Assembly (NCBI RefSeq): GCF_001481685.1
Contig: NZ_CP006867.1
Location: 1,080,001-1,112,000 of the forward strand
Direction of reading: 5' to 3'
Origin: Ignicoccus islandicus DSM 13165
GTDB lineage: Archaea; Thermoproteota; Thermoprotei_A; Sulfolobales; Ignicoccaceae
Length of the DNA stretch: 32,000 nucleotides
The translations under genes were made by a program, and so were the position numbers. The notes below the pieces were generated by a model. That model saw only the letters and a program-made list of their open reading frames with translations. It had not been told where the DNA came from and did not search any database. Within the stretch, counting starts at the first letter, position 1, and each line of letters starts with the position of its first letter. This document shows, piece by piece, positions 17,954-27,205 of this stretch.

Positions 17954-18679
17954 GTGTTTAAGTTCATAGCGTTCGACGTTGACGGAGTGCTACTAACCTT
18001 CAAGAGTAGCTGGGCTGAGGTGCACAAAGCCTTCGGTAGCGTTGATTCGATCGAAGACATGAAGGCTTACTTCAAGGGCGAAATAACTTACGAAGAATGG
18101 TGTGAAAGAGACCTAAGGAGGTGGAGCGAGGCTCTAGGTAGGGAACCTACCGAGGAAGACATAGCCAATGTGTTCAAGGACATAGACTCGAAAGTTCATC
18201 CGTATGCTGGAGAGGCAGTGTCGCTAAGCAAGAGGAGGGGATTGGGAGTAGGGCTCGTGAGCGCAGGTTTGAGCGTCACTACGAGGATTGTGGCAGAGAA
18301 ACTAGGTATTTACCTATGGAAAGCCAATCCCATAGCAAAGCCGTGTAGGGCTGGAGTTGAACCGAAGAATAAGCTAAGTGCGTTGATAGATATGGTCAAC
18401 AAGCTTGGAATCTCCCTCGAGGAAACGATATACGTAGGTGATTCCATAATAGATCTCCCTGCGCTCTGGGGGAGCGGTTGTGGAATAGGAGTAGGGAGCG
18501 AAGAACTCAAAAATCTGGTTCCCGTCTGGATTAAGGACTTAAGCGACTTTCCCCAGGCGCTTCTCAAGTGCCTCAATCACTTTGCTCCTGCTGAGGCCGA
18601 TCCATACTACGAACAGTATAAATACAACGATCCCTATGGAGACGATTTTCCATGGATCAGGTTTCTTAATCTCGACTGA
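17954..18679 (+). CDS. HAD-superfamily hydrolase (phosphatase, SerB-like)
   Basis: FDVDGVLLTFKSSW (motif I), LVSAGLS (motif II), YVGDSIIDLPAL (motif IV). Confidence 0.87.
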   Translation: MFKFIAFDVDGVLLTFKSSWAEVHKAFGSVDSIEDMKAYFKGEITYEEWCERDLRRWSEALGREPTEEDIANVFKDIDSKVHPYAGEAVSLSKRRGLGVGLVSAGLSVTTRIVAEKLGIYLWKANPIAKPCRAGVEPKNKLSALIDMVNKLGISLEETIYVGDSIIDLPALWGSGCGIGVGSEELKNLVPVWIKDLSDFPQALLKCLNHFAPAEADPYYEQYKYNDPYGDDFPWIRFLNLD

Positions 18680-18985
18680 TATCAATTCCCTTAGCATTGC
18701 CAGCATACCTACCTCTACTGCCACTCTCAAGTACTCGTACGTGCTAGTGTACCTAGCTATTACGATCTGGAGCACGTCTATGATTATTAGAGTTAGCAAC
18801 GCGATGTCTAGCAATTCAACTACTTTCGTCTTATCGAGGGATTTGAGGTCCATGAGGTCGTGATACATGCTCAAGGCGAACCACAATAGAGATATTAGCG
18901 TGAATATCGACGTCAGGAGAACCAGCAATATTTCAAGCGACATAACGATGTATTCGAATATCTTACTACCTTCTTTCTTATTCAT
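18539..18985 (-). CDS. PsiE-like small membrane protein
   Basis: 148 aa, four predicted hydrophobic segments, YEYLRVAVEVGMLAMLRELI resembles the PsiE-family helix. Confidence 0.65.
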   Translation of the reverse strand: MNKKEGSKIFEYIVMSLEILLVLLTSIFTLISLLWFALSMYHDLMDLKSLDKTKVVELLDIALLTLIIIDVLQIVIARYTSTYEYLRVAVEVGMLAMLRELISVEIKKPDPWKIVSIGIVVFILFVVWIGLSRSKVIEALEKRLGKVA

Positions 18986-19096
18986 TTCTCTCTTACCAAG
19001 TTAGGAAACTTTTCAGATCAGTTATTGAGTTTTGGTTGCGCGTAGCAACTTTCTTTAAGGCTCTTCTTGAGGTCCCCAATATGAGGTTGATTTGAA

Positions 19097-19249
19097 ATGG
19101 CCGGGTTGATAGCGTTAATGATGGCTATAATGGCCTTTTTCCTTACGTTAGGTTTTTCATGCTTTTTGATGAGAATTATAAATAAAGCAACGTCCCTAGC
19201 GTTAGCGTTGGTAGTGGCCTTGATCGTGTATTACTTAATACCGATATAG
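19097..19249 (+). CDS. Candidate 50-aa two-TM protein (MAGLIALMMAIMAFFLTLGFSCFLMRIINKATSLALALVVALIVYYLIPI)
   Basis: Not in the ORF track (below its size limit). ATG with upstream gaggttga; fills an otherwise empty interval between the divergent PsiE-like gene and the tRNA; clear hydrophobic-loop-hydrophobic pattern. Confidence 0.5.
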   Translation: MAGLIALMMAIMAFFLTLGFSCFLMRIINKATSLALALVVALIVYYLIPI

Positions 19250-19275
19250 TCCATTTCTAAGATATAGAAATGAGG

Positions 19276-19352
<77 letters not shown>

Positions 19353-19453
19353 GTTTCCGTCATCTCCCCTCCCGCTTTAAAGTTTTACCTATTACTGTGC
19401 GATTATACGATATATTGACCCCAAACTAATTCCTTAAATGGGATGCAAGGAAT

Positions 19454-20203
19454 ATGAGGATAGTATACCCGGAAACTAAGGTCTTTCAGAGCATGGTCGA
19501 AGCTTTAGGTAAGATAGTGAACGAAGTTGCTTTGATCGCGGACGAGGAAGGTATAGTAATGAAAGCGTTAGATCCAGCCCAAGTGGCTCTTATCCAAGTC
19601 AAGATAAACAAAGACGTTTTCCTCGAATACGAAGTCGAAGGCAGAGAGAGCATTGGTTTCAATATAGCCAACGTGCTGAAGTTCATGAAGAGGGCCAAGA
19701 AAGGTTACCAATTGGAGCTAGGTACTGAAGAGGGGGGAAGCAAGTTCAGGATTATGTTGAGAGGTACCCTTATCAAGAAGTATACCATCTTAAACCTCGA
19801 CGTACCGGAACCCGAAGTTCCAGATCTCTCTTCTCTCAATTACTCGGTCAAGGGCTCTATATTGGCCTCAGTCTTGGGAAACGCCATTAAGGACATCGAA
19901 GCTATAAGCGATACAGTTTACTTCGAAGCTCCCGATACCGATACTCTACTGATAAAGTCTGGAGAGGGGGAAGCGGCGAGCGTAACGAAGCTCACGAGGG
20001 CGTCTACTGCGTTAATAGAGCTGGAGGTAAACGAACCAGCAAAGGGCGCTTACGATGTATCGTTCTTAAAGAACGTAGTCTCTCTCACCAAAGTTTCAGA
20101 TACCATAGACTTCATGTTTGGTAATGATACGCCCTTGTACTTGAAGTTCAGCATAATTGCGGGAGGAGAAGTGGAGTACTTGCTTGCTCCGCAAGCGATC
20201 TAG
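19454..20203 (+). CDS. pcn: DNA polymerase sliding clamp (PCNA)
   Basis: 249 aa; EEGIVMKALDPAQVALIQVKI, VLKFMKRAKK, MLRGTLIKKYTILNLDVPEPEVPDL, C-terminal YLLAPQ. Confidence 0.95.
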   Translation: MRIVYPETKVFQSMVEALGKIVNEVALIADEEGIVMKALDPAQVALIQVKINKDVFLEYEVEGRESIGFNIANVLKFMKRAKKGYQLELGTEEGGSKFRIMLRGTLIKKYTILNLDVPEPEVPDLSSLNYSVKGSILASVLGNAIKDIEAISDTVYFEAPDTDTLLIKSGEGEAASVTKLTRASTALIELEVNEPAKGAYDVSFLKNVVSLTKVSDTIDFMFGNDTPLYLKFSIIAGGEVEYLLAPQAI

Positions 20204-20223
20204 ATAAAAAAGTTTCTGGAATC

Positions 20224-20643
20224 CTATACGTACATGGAGCGATCGGCTCCGCCCCTCACTACCTTTTTGGCCTTTAGCTCCCTTACTATGTACTCGAAGG
20301 CTCTTTCGGGATCCGTGTGACTACCACAAGAGTAAACGTCGACGGTAGCGAATGATAGCTCTGGCCACGTGTGTATGGTTATGTGACTTTCGAGAACTAT
20401 ACCTACCACGCTAACTCCTTCCCCTATTTTCCACGACTTTACGTCGAGGAGGGTCATACCTCCTAACTTCGCTGCGTTAATTACTATTTCCTCTAGCTTC
20501 CTTTGATCGCTCAACACTTTAGGATCGCAATTGTACAAGTTACCGTATACGTGTTTTCCGTAAACGGCTGCTCCCTTGTCTCTTCTTTCTAGAGATTTCA
20601 GAATTTCTCTGTTTGCTATCATTGCTACCACCTTCACTTGCAT
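20224..20643 (-). CDS. speH: S-adenosylmethionine decarboxylase-family proenzyme (AdoMetDC or crenarchaeal arginine decarboxylase paralogue)
   Basis: [24 protein letters not shown] (self-cleavage Glu-Ser plus His), ATVDVYSCG. Substrate specificity cannot be assigned from sequence by eye. Confidence 0.88.
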   Translation of the reverse strand: MQVKVVAMIANREILKSLERRDKGAAVYGKHVYGNLYNCDPKVLSDQRKLEEIVINAAKLGGMTLLDVKSWKIGEGVSVVGIVLESHITIHTWPELSFATVDVYSCGSHTDPERAFEYIVRELKAKKVVRGGADRSMYV

Positions 20644-20706
20644 TTGGTATAGTAACTCCTTATATCCTCATGCCCCCCAATCAAATGAAGGAGGGCAAGA
20701 ATTTCA

Positions 20707-21381
20707 ATGGACTGCGAACGGTTGAAGATGCGTACAGCTATAGCTATAGCTGAACCAAACTTTCACAATTTAGTAGAAGGTCTAGAAGTATGTTCCTCAC
20801 CCTACTCTAAGATATATGAAAACGGAGAGGTTGCAATAATAAAAACGTACTCAGGTCATTACCTTCTCGATACAGTTTACATGCTTAAGGGGCTAGGAAT
20901 AAGGAACGTGATAGTTATTGATAGCGCCACCTCAATAGTAAGTAACTTAAACATCGGTCAATGGTTACCAGTTTACGCAGCAACGCCCTACCCTAAGATA
21001 GAATTAGGGGAAGGGGTAACGCCAGTAGCCGACTATAGGCTCTTGAGAGCAGTAGAGGATCTCATAAAGGAAGAAAACGGACAGATGGTAGCGATAAGCG
21101 CCACGACGCTCCTTCCATTAGAAGAGGTAATAAAGGATATCGAATTGCTTAAATCGATAGACGTTAGCCTAATAGATAGGTCTTCTGCATATTTGTATTC
21201 GCTGTGCAGAGGATCAATAAGGTGCTTAGTAATTGACGTAGTAGATTCGAACTTAACTAAAGGCGTCGATAAGGCTAAAGTGTATGACGAAGCCGAAAAG
21301 TACCTCGAAACGCTCCAGTCCTCGACCAAAGAGCTATTAAATCAGTTAATGAAAATTGAAGGAACGGAGTTAAGGGCATGA
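20707..21381 (+). CDS. Uncharacterised protein, possibly a diverged nucleoside phosphorylase-fold protein
   Basis: 224 aa; segment GLGIRNVIVIDSATSIVSNLNIGQWLPVYAATPYPKI...ADYRLLRAVEDLIKE resembles the PNP/UP layout, but catalytic motifs are not clear. Confidence 0.5.
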   Translation: MDCERLKMRTAIAIAEPNFHNLVEGLEVCSSPYSKIYENGEVAIIKTYSGHYLLDTVYMLKGLGIRNVIVIDSATSIVSNLNIGQWLPVYAATPYPKIELGEGVTPVADYRLLRAVEDLIKEENGQMVAISATTLLPLEEVIKDIELLKSIDVSLIDRSSAYLYSLCRGSIRCLVIDVVDSNLTKGVDKAKVYDEAEKYLETLQSSTKELLNQLMKIEGTELRA

Positions 21382-21632
21382 AGCTCGACGTAAACTTCGG
21401 TAAGATGATAGAGGAGTTCAGGAAATCGTTCAAACCGAAGACTACGCAAAAGAAGGGGATACCACTCTACCTAAGGAAGTGTAAGTACTGTAAATACATC
21501 GAGTTAACGTACTGCAAGTACCACGCCGTAACTATACACCCAGAATCGAGAGCGTGTCCAGCATTTTCCCTTCAAGAAAAATACTTGGAAGCATACCAAA
21601 AAGGCACCACCCCACAAGAGGCTCAATTATAG
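21378..21632 (+). CDS. Small four-cysteine (probable metal-binding) protein
   Basis: 84 aa, LRKCKYCKYIELTYCKYHAVTIHPESRACPAF; start overlaps the upstream stop (ATGA). Confidence 0.7.
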   Translation: MKLDVNFGKMIEEFRKSFKPKTTQKKGIPLYLRKCKYCKYIELTYCKYHAVTIHPESRACPAFSLQEKYLEAYQKGTTPQEAQL

Positions 21633-21665
21633 ACAGCTCTCGCGCCGAGCCTCTAGGGCACGCGA

Positions 21666-22751
21666 ATGCGCTCTCTACTAGCTGAGATACTCAGCATGAC
21701 GTTACAAGGGCTAGGGGAACTAGCGTCCGGCTACTTGTGGTCGCTTTCTTCCCCGATACTATCTAGGCATCCGTCCATATTGATAGCCTTACCTGGCTTA
21801 GCGGAAGACAGAGGAGCCATTTACGGTTCTTTAGCAGCCAAGTACTCGTCAATGCTTTATACCGGTGAAGCTACCTCGCCGAGAGATCTATTGGAAAATA
21901 AAGTTACAGCAGTAGCCGTCTTATTGGGCTTGCTAGGAGGTCTCTACGTAGTCTTGTTAACTTCCTTTCTGGGTAACCCTTTGGATGTATTAGCTTACTT
22001 CCTAGTTTCTCGAGGATTTACGCTAACGTTAGTTATACCATTCAACGCTTACGCCTCGTTTCTCGCTTTCGTAAAGGGTTTGAACGTAGATTTGGTCGTA
22101 GTTTCGACCTCAACAGTTCTCGCAGACATAACAAGTTCGATATCAATACTTCTCACTTTCACGCCATTCGCATTAATAGGAATAGCTTTAATGCTAGTGA
22201 CGACTTACAAATATTCTAAGAACGTTGGAAGGGAGGACTTGCTTCGCTATAAGGAGTTAATGGTTTCATCCATAATTGCATCGACGCTCTCTACAATCGC
22301 AGGTTTCGTTCTAGTAGCTAACGAAGCCCAGAACAATCCAACGCTTCTCTTCATAACACCCCTTACAATGGCCTTAAACGGTTCAGCATCGATGAATTTC
22401 TCTTCGTGGTTAGGTACAGCTCTCTTAACGGGTGAAGTGGATTCAAAGGAACTATTCAGAAGCAAGAGGGTCTACGAAATAATGTTAAGAGTTACCTTTA
22501 CAACGCTCACTGCACTAACGTTAGTTTTACTGCCGGCAATCACGCTGGCTAACATGGATCTGAGGGGTCTCAAATGGGCATTGCTTTCTACCTTAACTCT
22601 TAGGTTGGTAATGCCGTACTTATCCATGGTAGTTGCGAGGATAGGGTTCGAGAAGGGGTTGGACCCCGACTTGATAACCATACCATTGCTATCGAGCCTA
22701 AACGATATCGTTACTGCTCAAGCGTTAACGACGATGGCGAAGCTGATCTAA
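21666..22751 (+). CDS. Divalent cation transporter, SLC41/MgtE integral-membrane-domain family
   Basis: PGLAEDRGAIYGSLAAKYSSMLYTGEA and DPDLITIPLLSSLNDIVTAQAL match the duplicated MgtE/SLC41 core motifs; about 10 hydrophobic segments. Confidence 0.82.
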   Translation: MRSLLAEILSMTLQGLGELASGYLWSLSSPILSRHPSILIALPGLAEDRGAIYGSLAAKYSSMLYTGEATSPRDLLENKVTAVAVLLGLLGGLYVVLLTSFLGNPLDVLAYFLVSRGFTLTLVIPFNAYASFLAFVKGLNVDLVVVSTSTVLADITSSISILLTFTPFALIGIALMLVTTYKYSKNVGREDLLRYKELMVSSIIASTLSTIAGFVLVANEAQNNPTLLFITPLTMALNGSASMNFSSWLGTALLTGEVDSKELFRSKRVYEIMLRVTFTTLTALTLVLLPAITLANMDLRGLKWALLSTLTLRLVMPYLSMVVARIGFEKGLDPDLITIPLLSSLNDIVTAQALTTMAKLI

Positions 22752-23773
22752 AGGGGCATTGGAATTGCATGGAAGCCCCTTAATCGGAGCTTGGAAGCGA
22801 AAGAGGTCGCGAAGTTCGATCGCGATGCATCAACGATAACTAGTTTGGGTCTGCTCTCCTCTACGTAGTACATGGTGCCGTTGAAATCGGCGTGATCGCT
22901 GAAGGCAACTATCCATCGGTTATCGCTTACCTTCAATCTAACCGAATTTACCAACCACCCGTCTAACCTAATGTGAATCCAGTTCTCGTTCGAGCATTTA
23001 TGCCACTTATTGTAGTGATCGAACTCAATGAACTGACCGCCCTTAACTAACTCGGAGTACGTATCGGATTCTTTAAGTACGAGGTCACCGAAGCTGTAAC
23101 CGTGCCTCTCTAGGGCTTTGCTTAGCTTGTAGATCTTGTTAGGAGCAACGAAGGGTTCCTTAACGTTGTACTCCCGTAAGAGTTGCATTACTTCTTGTAT
23201 CTTCCCGTGATAAGCGTAAATTTTAACTGGCCTACCTAAAGAGAGGGCGTATTCTATTAATTCTATTAGCGATTCCAGTACCTCGTTCTGACTGGGCCTA
23301 ACGTACTTCGGGTGACCGTAAGTTGCATCTATTATTAATACGTCGAGGTCTTCGACGATGGGCGTTCCGGATCCGGGATTCTTGAAGTCACCGGTATAGA
23401 GAGCCCTGAAGCCCTTATCGTTCTCTAATAAGACTTGAACGGAACCGGGTATGTGTTCGGCCCTAACGAAAGTTAGGGTCTCGTCCTCACCGACCCGGAA
23501 CCTCTCACCAATCCTTAACGCTCTAAGCTTAGAAAGGGGGATTCTTTTCCCATATAGTACCTTCAGCATGTCTATGGTCTCCGGCGTCGCTATAATTGCG
23601 CCTTGCGTTCCAATGCTCTTGTTCAAGTCTACAGTATGGTCGCTGTGAGCGTGCGTCACTACTCTGTACTTCCTTCGAGGTATGAAGCCGTCTACGGAGG
23701 TGTACTTGCCTAGGGCAATGGCCATGTTCGACCTTACTGACGAGTTCTCTATCAGTCTCTGTGGTAAATTCAT
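22748..23773 (-). CDS. Metallo-beta-lactamase / beta-CASP exonuclease, SNM1-like
   Basis: THAHSDHT metal motif, AEHIPGSVQVLLE, YTGDFKNPG, DATYGHPKYVRPSQNEVLESL, AFSDHADF. Confidence 0.87.
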   Translation of the reverse strand: MNLPQRLIENSSVRSNMAIALGKYTSVDGFIPRRKYRVVTHAHSDHTVDLNKSIGTQGAIIATPETIDMLKVLYGKRIPLSKLRALRIGERFRVGEDETLTFVRAEHIPGSVQVLLENDKGFRALYTGDFKNPGSGTPIVEDLDVLIIDATYGHPKYVRPSQNEVLESLIELIEYALSLGRPVKIYAYHGKIQEVMQLLREYNVKEPFVAPNKIYKLSKALERHGYSFGDLVLKESDTYSELVKGGQFIEFDHYNKWHKCSNENWIHIRLDGWLVNSVRLKVSDNRWIVAFSDHADFNGTMYYVEESRPKLVIVDASRSNFATSFASKLRLRGFHAIPMPL

Positions 23774-23890
23774 CTCGCTTCAACTAGAGAGATCGCTTGG
23801 GAGATTGATAAGAGCTCCCTGAAGCTCGAAAATTTCGCGCTCTTTCCATTTATTCGCTTACCGAACATGGGACGTATAGGACGTTAACCA

Positions 23891-25969
23891 ATGGAACTCC
23901 CACCAGACGTAAAAGCGTGGTTAGAGGGTAGGGGCATAACGGATCTTTACCCAATACAGAAGAAAGCGGTAGAAGCGGGGTTATTCAAAGGTCATTCCTT
24001 ACTCGTTTCAGCGCCAACCGGTTCCGGGAAAACTCTGGTTGCTGAAATGGCTATAGCCAACGCACTGTTCGAAGGAAAGAAAGCTATCTACTTAGTGCCG
24101 TTGAGGAGCTTGGCTTTCGAGAAACTAAGGAGCCTGAGAAAGGGCTTTGAGGGATGGAAAATAGAAGTTAGCGTTGGCGACTATCACAAGCCTCAATTAG
24201 GAGATTTCGACGTACTAATAGCTACTTACGAGAGGATGGATTCTATTCTAAGGCACTCAACCAGTTCTATAAGTGAAGTGGGAGTGGTAGTAGTAGACGA
24301 AGTACACTACGTTGACGATGAGGACAGGGGACCAACGCTCGAAGTAGTAATAACCCAACTGAAGAGGCTTGGGACGCAGCTGATAGCGCTCTCTGCAACT
24401 ATAGGGAACCTCGGAGAGCTCGCTAGGTGGTTAGGGGCAGTACTGGTAGTGGACAACTGGAGGCCAGTTCCGCTTAGAGAGGGAGTGATGAACTCCAAGG
24501 AATACGTAATATGGTTCGAAGACGGCTACGAGGAAGTTCCAAAAAAGACCGGAAAGGCTCCGCTGGACGTAGCCCTCTACAAGCTCAACAAGGGCGAGCA
24601 AGTGCTCTATTTCGCAAAAACGAGGAAGAACGCGGAGAAGGCGGCCGAAGAGGTTGCGAAGGTCTTCAATCGAACGAAGGAATCTCTCGAATGGGCGGAA
24701 CAGCTCAGGCTTGAAGTAGAGGGGGAGTTGGGGGAGAGGCTCTCCCAGTTGGTCTCGAGGGGAGTAGCCTTCCATCACGCCGGCTTAACTAACGAGGCAA
24801 GGGAAATAGTAGAAGAGGCCTTCAGAGCCGGCGTCGTCAAGTTCCTGGCCGCCACTCCAACTCTCGCGGCCGGCGTCAACTTACCAGCTAAAACCGTTGT
24901 TATTGAGAGCGCGTATCGATTTGAATTAGAGAAGGGTTCCGTACCAATCAAAGTCTCTGAGTATAAGCAAATGGCTGGAAGGGCGGGAAGGCCCGGCCTC
25001 GACAAGGAAGGAACTTCAATTCTAATTGTTAACGGTAACGTAGATCTCTTTTTCGAAAGGTACGTTAAAGGGTTTCCCGAAGACGTAGAGAGCTCGTTAG
25101 TTAGACCGAGAGCGCTGCGGAGAGCGATCTTAGGTTTGCTTGCAAGCGGCTTTGCTAGGGACTTGGATGACGCTATAGAGTTCTTCAAGGATACCCTCTA
25201 CGCGATTCAAGTGGAAAGCGTTGTTGAAGTGGAAAGGGAAGTCAAATCGGTCATGAGGTTCCTAAAGAAGAACGGAATGATAGATAGCAGAGGCAGACTC
25301 ACGGAATTCGGAAAGAGGGTGGCCTTGTCGTACGTTGATCCATTGGGCGTAAAGATAGTACTAGACTCGTTGAGGAAGAGAGTCGGGAAGGCCTCGACGC
25401 TCGGCTATCTTCACTTGGTCTCGCTCACCCCAGACATGCCATTAAAGTTCGTTAACAAATGGGAGATGAGGTCCCTAAGCAACGCTCTAAACGAACTGGA
25501 GGTAGACCTAATAGCGAGGGAGGTCGAAGACTTCGATCCGACGATATACTTCTCTGCCTTAAAAACAGCCCTAATTCTTAAGGACTGGGTTAACGAGGTC
25601 CCTGAAGACGAAATATCGAAGAAGTACTCCGTATACCCCGGGGACGTGAGAGTTTACGCCGATACCGCTTCTTGGTTAGTTCACGCTTACTCGGAACTGG
25701 CTAGGTTCAAGGGCATGGATTCTCACTCGAGGGCGTTAGCTTCGCTGGAGATTCGATTGAAGTACGGCGTTCGGGAAGAGTTGGTCGAATTGGTTACCCT
25801 AAAATACATTGGGAGGGCCAGAGCTAGGAAGCTCTGGTTACATGGAATAAGATCCAGAGAGGACCTACTTAATGCTGGGGAAAGGAAGTTAGCTTCGATT
25901 CTGGGCCCGAAAGTTGCCAAGAAGGTTATTGAACAATTGGAGAGGGAACTTAGTTTTAATTTTAAATAG
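23891..25969 (+). CDS. hel308: Ski2-like DNA helicase Hel308
   Basis: LYPIQKKAVEAG Q-motif, SAPTGSGKT, VVDEVHYVDDEDRGPTLE, LIALSATIGN, FHHAGL-like AFHHAGL, AGVNLPAKTVVI, QMAGRAGRPGLD; C-terminal ratchet/HhH region. Confidence 0.94.
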   Translation: MELPPDVKAWLEGRGITDLYPIQKKAVEAGLFKGHSLLVSAPTGSGKTLVAEMAIANALFEGKKAIYLVPLRSLAFEKLRSLRKGFEGWKIEVSVGDYHKPQLGDFDVLIATYERMDSILRHSTSSISEVGVVVVDEVHYVDDEDRGPTLEVVITQLKRLGTQLIALSATIGNLGELARWLGAVLVVDNWRPVPLREGVMNSKEYVIWFEDGYEEVPKKTGKAPLDVALYKLNKGEQVLYFAKTRKNAEKAAEEVAKVFNRTKESLEWAEQLRLEVEGELGERLSQLVSRGVAFHHAGLTNEAREIVEEAFRAGVVKFLAATPTLAAGVNLPAKTVVIESAYRFELEKGSVPIKVSEYKQMAGRAGRPGLDKEGTSILIVNGNVDLFFERYVKGFPEDVESSLVRPRALRRAILGLLASGFARDLDDAIEFFKDTLYAIQVESVVEVEREVKSVMRFLKKNGMIDSRGRLTEFGKRVALSYVDPLGVKIVLDSLRKRVGKASTLGYLHLVSLTPDMPLKFVNKWEMRSLSNALNELEVDLIAREVEDFDPTIYFSALKTALILKDWVNEVPEDEISKKYSVYPGDVRVYADTASWLVHAYSELARFKGMDSHSRALASLEIRLKYGVREELVELVTLKYIGRARARKLWLHGIRSREDLLNAGERKLASILGPKVAKKVIEQLERELSFNFK

Positions 25970-25990
25970 CCCTTTACGCTAGAGCGTTGG

Positions 25991-27205
25991 GTGGTGCTTA
26001 TTGTTGAGAACAAGTTATATGACGAAGTAGAATCCCTACCCGAGAGAGTCAGGATCTTCGATACTACTCTAAGGGATGGCGAGCAAACGGCCGGTATAAG
26101 CTTCACGAAGGAACAGAAGCTAATGATTGCTAGGCAATTAGCCAAGTTAGGGGTAGCCAGCATAGAGGCTGGCTTCCCGGCCTCCTCTCCCGGCGAGCTG
26201 GAAGCCGTTAAGGCAATAGCTAACGAGGGCCTAGGCGTTGAAATAGTAGGCCTGGCTAGATCGAATAAGAGAGATATAGACAAGGCACTAGACGCCAACG
26301 TTGACGCAATTCACGTCTTCATTGCAGCGTCAGACATTCACTTAAAGTATAAGTTAAGAATGACGAGGGAGGAAGCCCTTCGAGCCGCGATAGAAGCAGT
26401 AGAGTACGCCAAGGAACATGGTGTAGTGGTCGAATTTAGTCCCGAGGACGCTACCAGAGCCGATCTGAAATACCTCTATACTATGGTAGAAAGCGTTGTG
26501 GATGCCGGGGCGGACAGAGTAGACATACCAGATACAGTAGGCGTTATGACTCCTACCAGGATGAAGTACCTAATAAGATACATATTACCCGCAGCTAAGG
26601 GGAGAATAGTTAGCGTCCATTGTCACAACGACTTCGGTCTCGCGGTGGCCAACAGCATAAGCGGTATCGAAGCTGGCGCTCAACAAGCTCACGTAACTGT
26701 CAACGGAATAGGCGAAAGGGCAGGTAACGCCGCGTTAGAGGAGGTCGTAGCCGCGCTCGAATTTCTACTGAACGTACGAACTGGAGTTAAAACAGAGCTC
26801 CTTTACGAAACTAGCCTGTTGGTTTCGAAGCTATCGGGTATACCGATACCTCCGAACAAGCCTATCGTGGGCGCTAACGCTTTCGCTCACGAATCCGGGA
26901 TCCACGTTCACGGCGTAATAAACAACCCGTTCACCTACGAGCCAATAAGACCTGAAATGGTCGGCCAGAAGAGGAGGATAGTTCTAGGTAAGCACAGTGG
27001 AAGACACGGCGTCGAGCATGCGCTGAAGACCTTAGGGTACCCAACCCATCCGGACCTCGTCCTAGTTGTGTTAAAGAAAGTCAAGGAGTACGGCGACAAG
27101 GGAATGAGGGTTACTGAAGAGGAGTTCCGGAAGATAGTAGAGGAATCTCTAAGGGAATTGGAAGAAAAGGAGGCTAGGGCTGAAGAGATTAAAAAGAACG
27201 TCTAA
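25991..27205 (+). CDS. 2-isopropylmalate synthase / citramalate synthase / homocitrate synthase family (LeuA-like)
   Basis: RIFDTTLRDGEQTAGISFT, HCHNDFGLAVANSISGIEAGAQQAHVTVNGIGERAGNAALEEV, HESGIHVHG. 404 aa, shorter than full LeuA, apparently lacking the C-terminal allosteric domain. Confidence 0.9.
   Translation: MVLIVENKLYDEVESLPERVRIFDTTLRDGEQTAGISFTKEQKLMIARQLAKLGVASIEAGFPASSPGELEAVKAIANEGLGVEIVGLARSNKRDIDKALDANVDAIHVFIAASDIHLKYKLRMTREEALRAAIEAVEYAKEHGVVVEFSPEDATRADLKYLYTMVESVVDAGADRVDIPDTVGVMTPTRMKYLIRYILPAAKGRIVSVHCHNDFGLAVANSISGIEAGAQQAHVTVNGIGERAGNAALEEVVAALEFLLNVRTGVKTELLYETSLLVSKLSGIPIPPNKPIVGANAFAHESGIHVHGVINNPFTYEPIRPEMVGQKRRIVLGKHSGRHGVEHALKTLGYPTHPDLVLVVLKKVKEYGDKGMRVTEEEFRKIVEESLRELEEKEARAEEIKKNV

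Noticed and set aside
19035-19060. Small hairpin GTTGC-GCGTA-GCAAC upstream of the 50-aa ORF
   Set aside because: Only a 5-bp stem; compatible with chance and not supported as an RNA element.
25723-26298. 191-aa minus-strand ORF spanning the end of hel308 and start of the LeuA-like gene
   Set aside because: Shadow ORF, Ser/Leu-rich composition typical of the reverse complement of charged coding sequence, covering two strong genes on the other strand.
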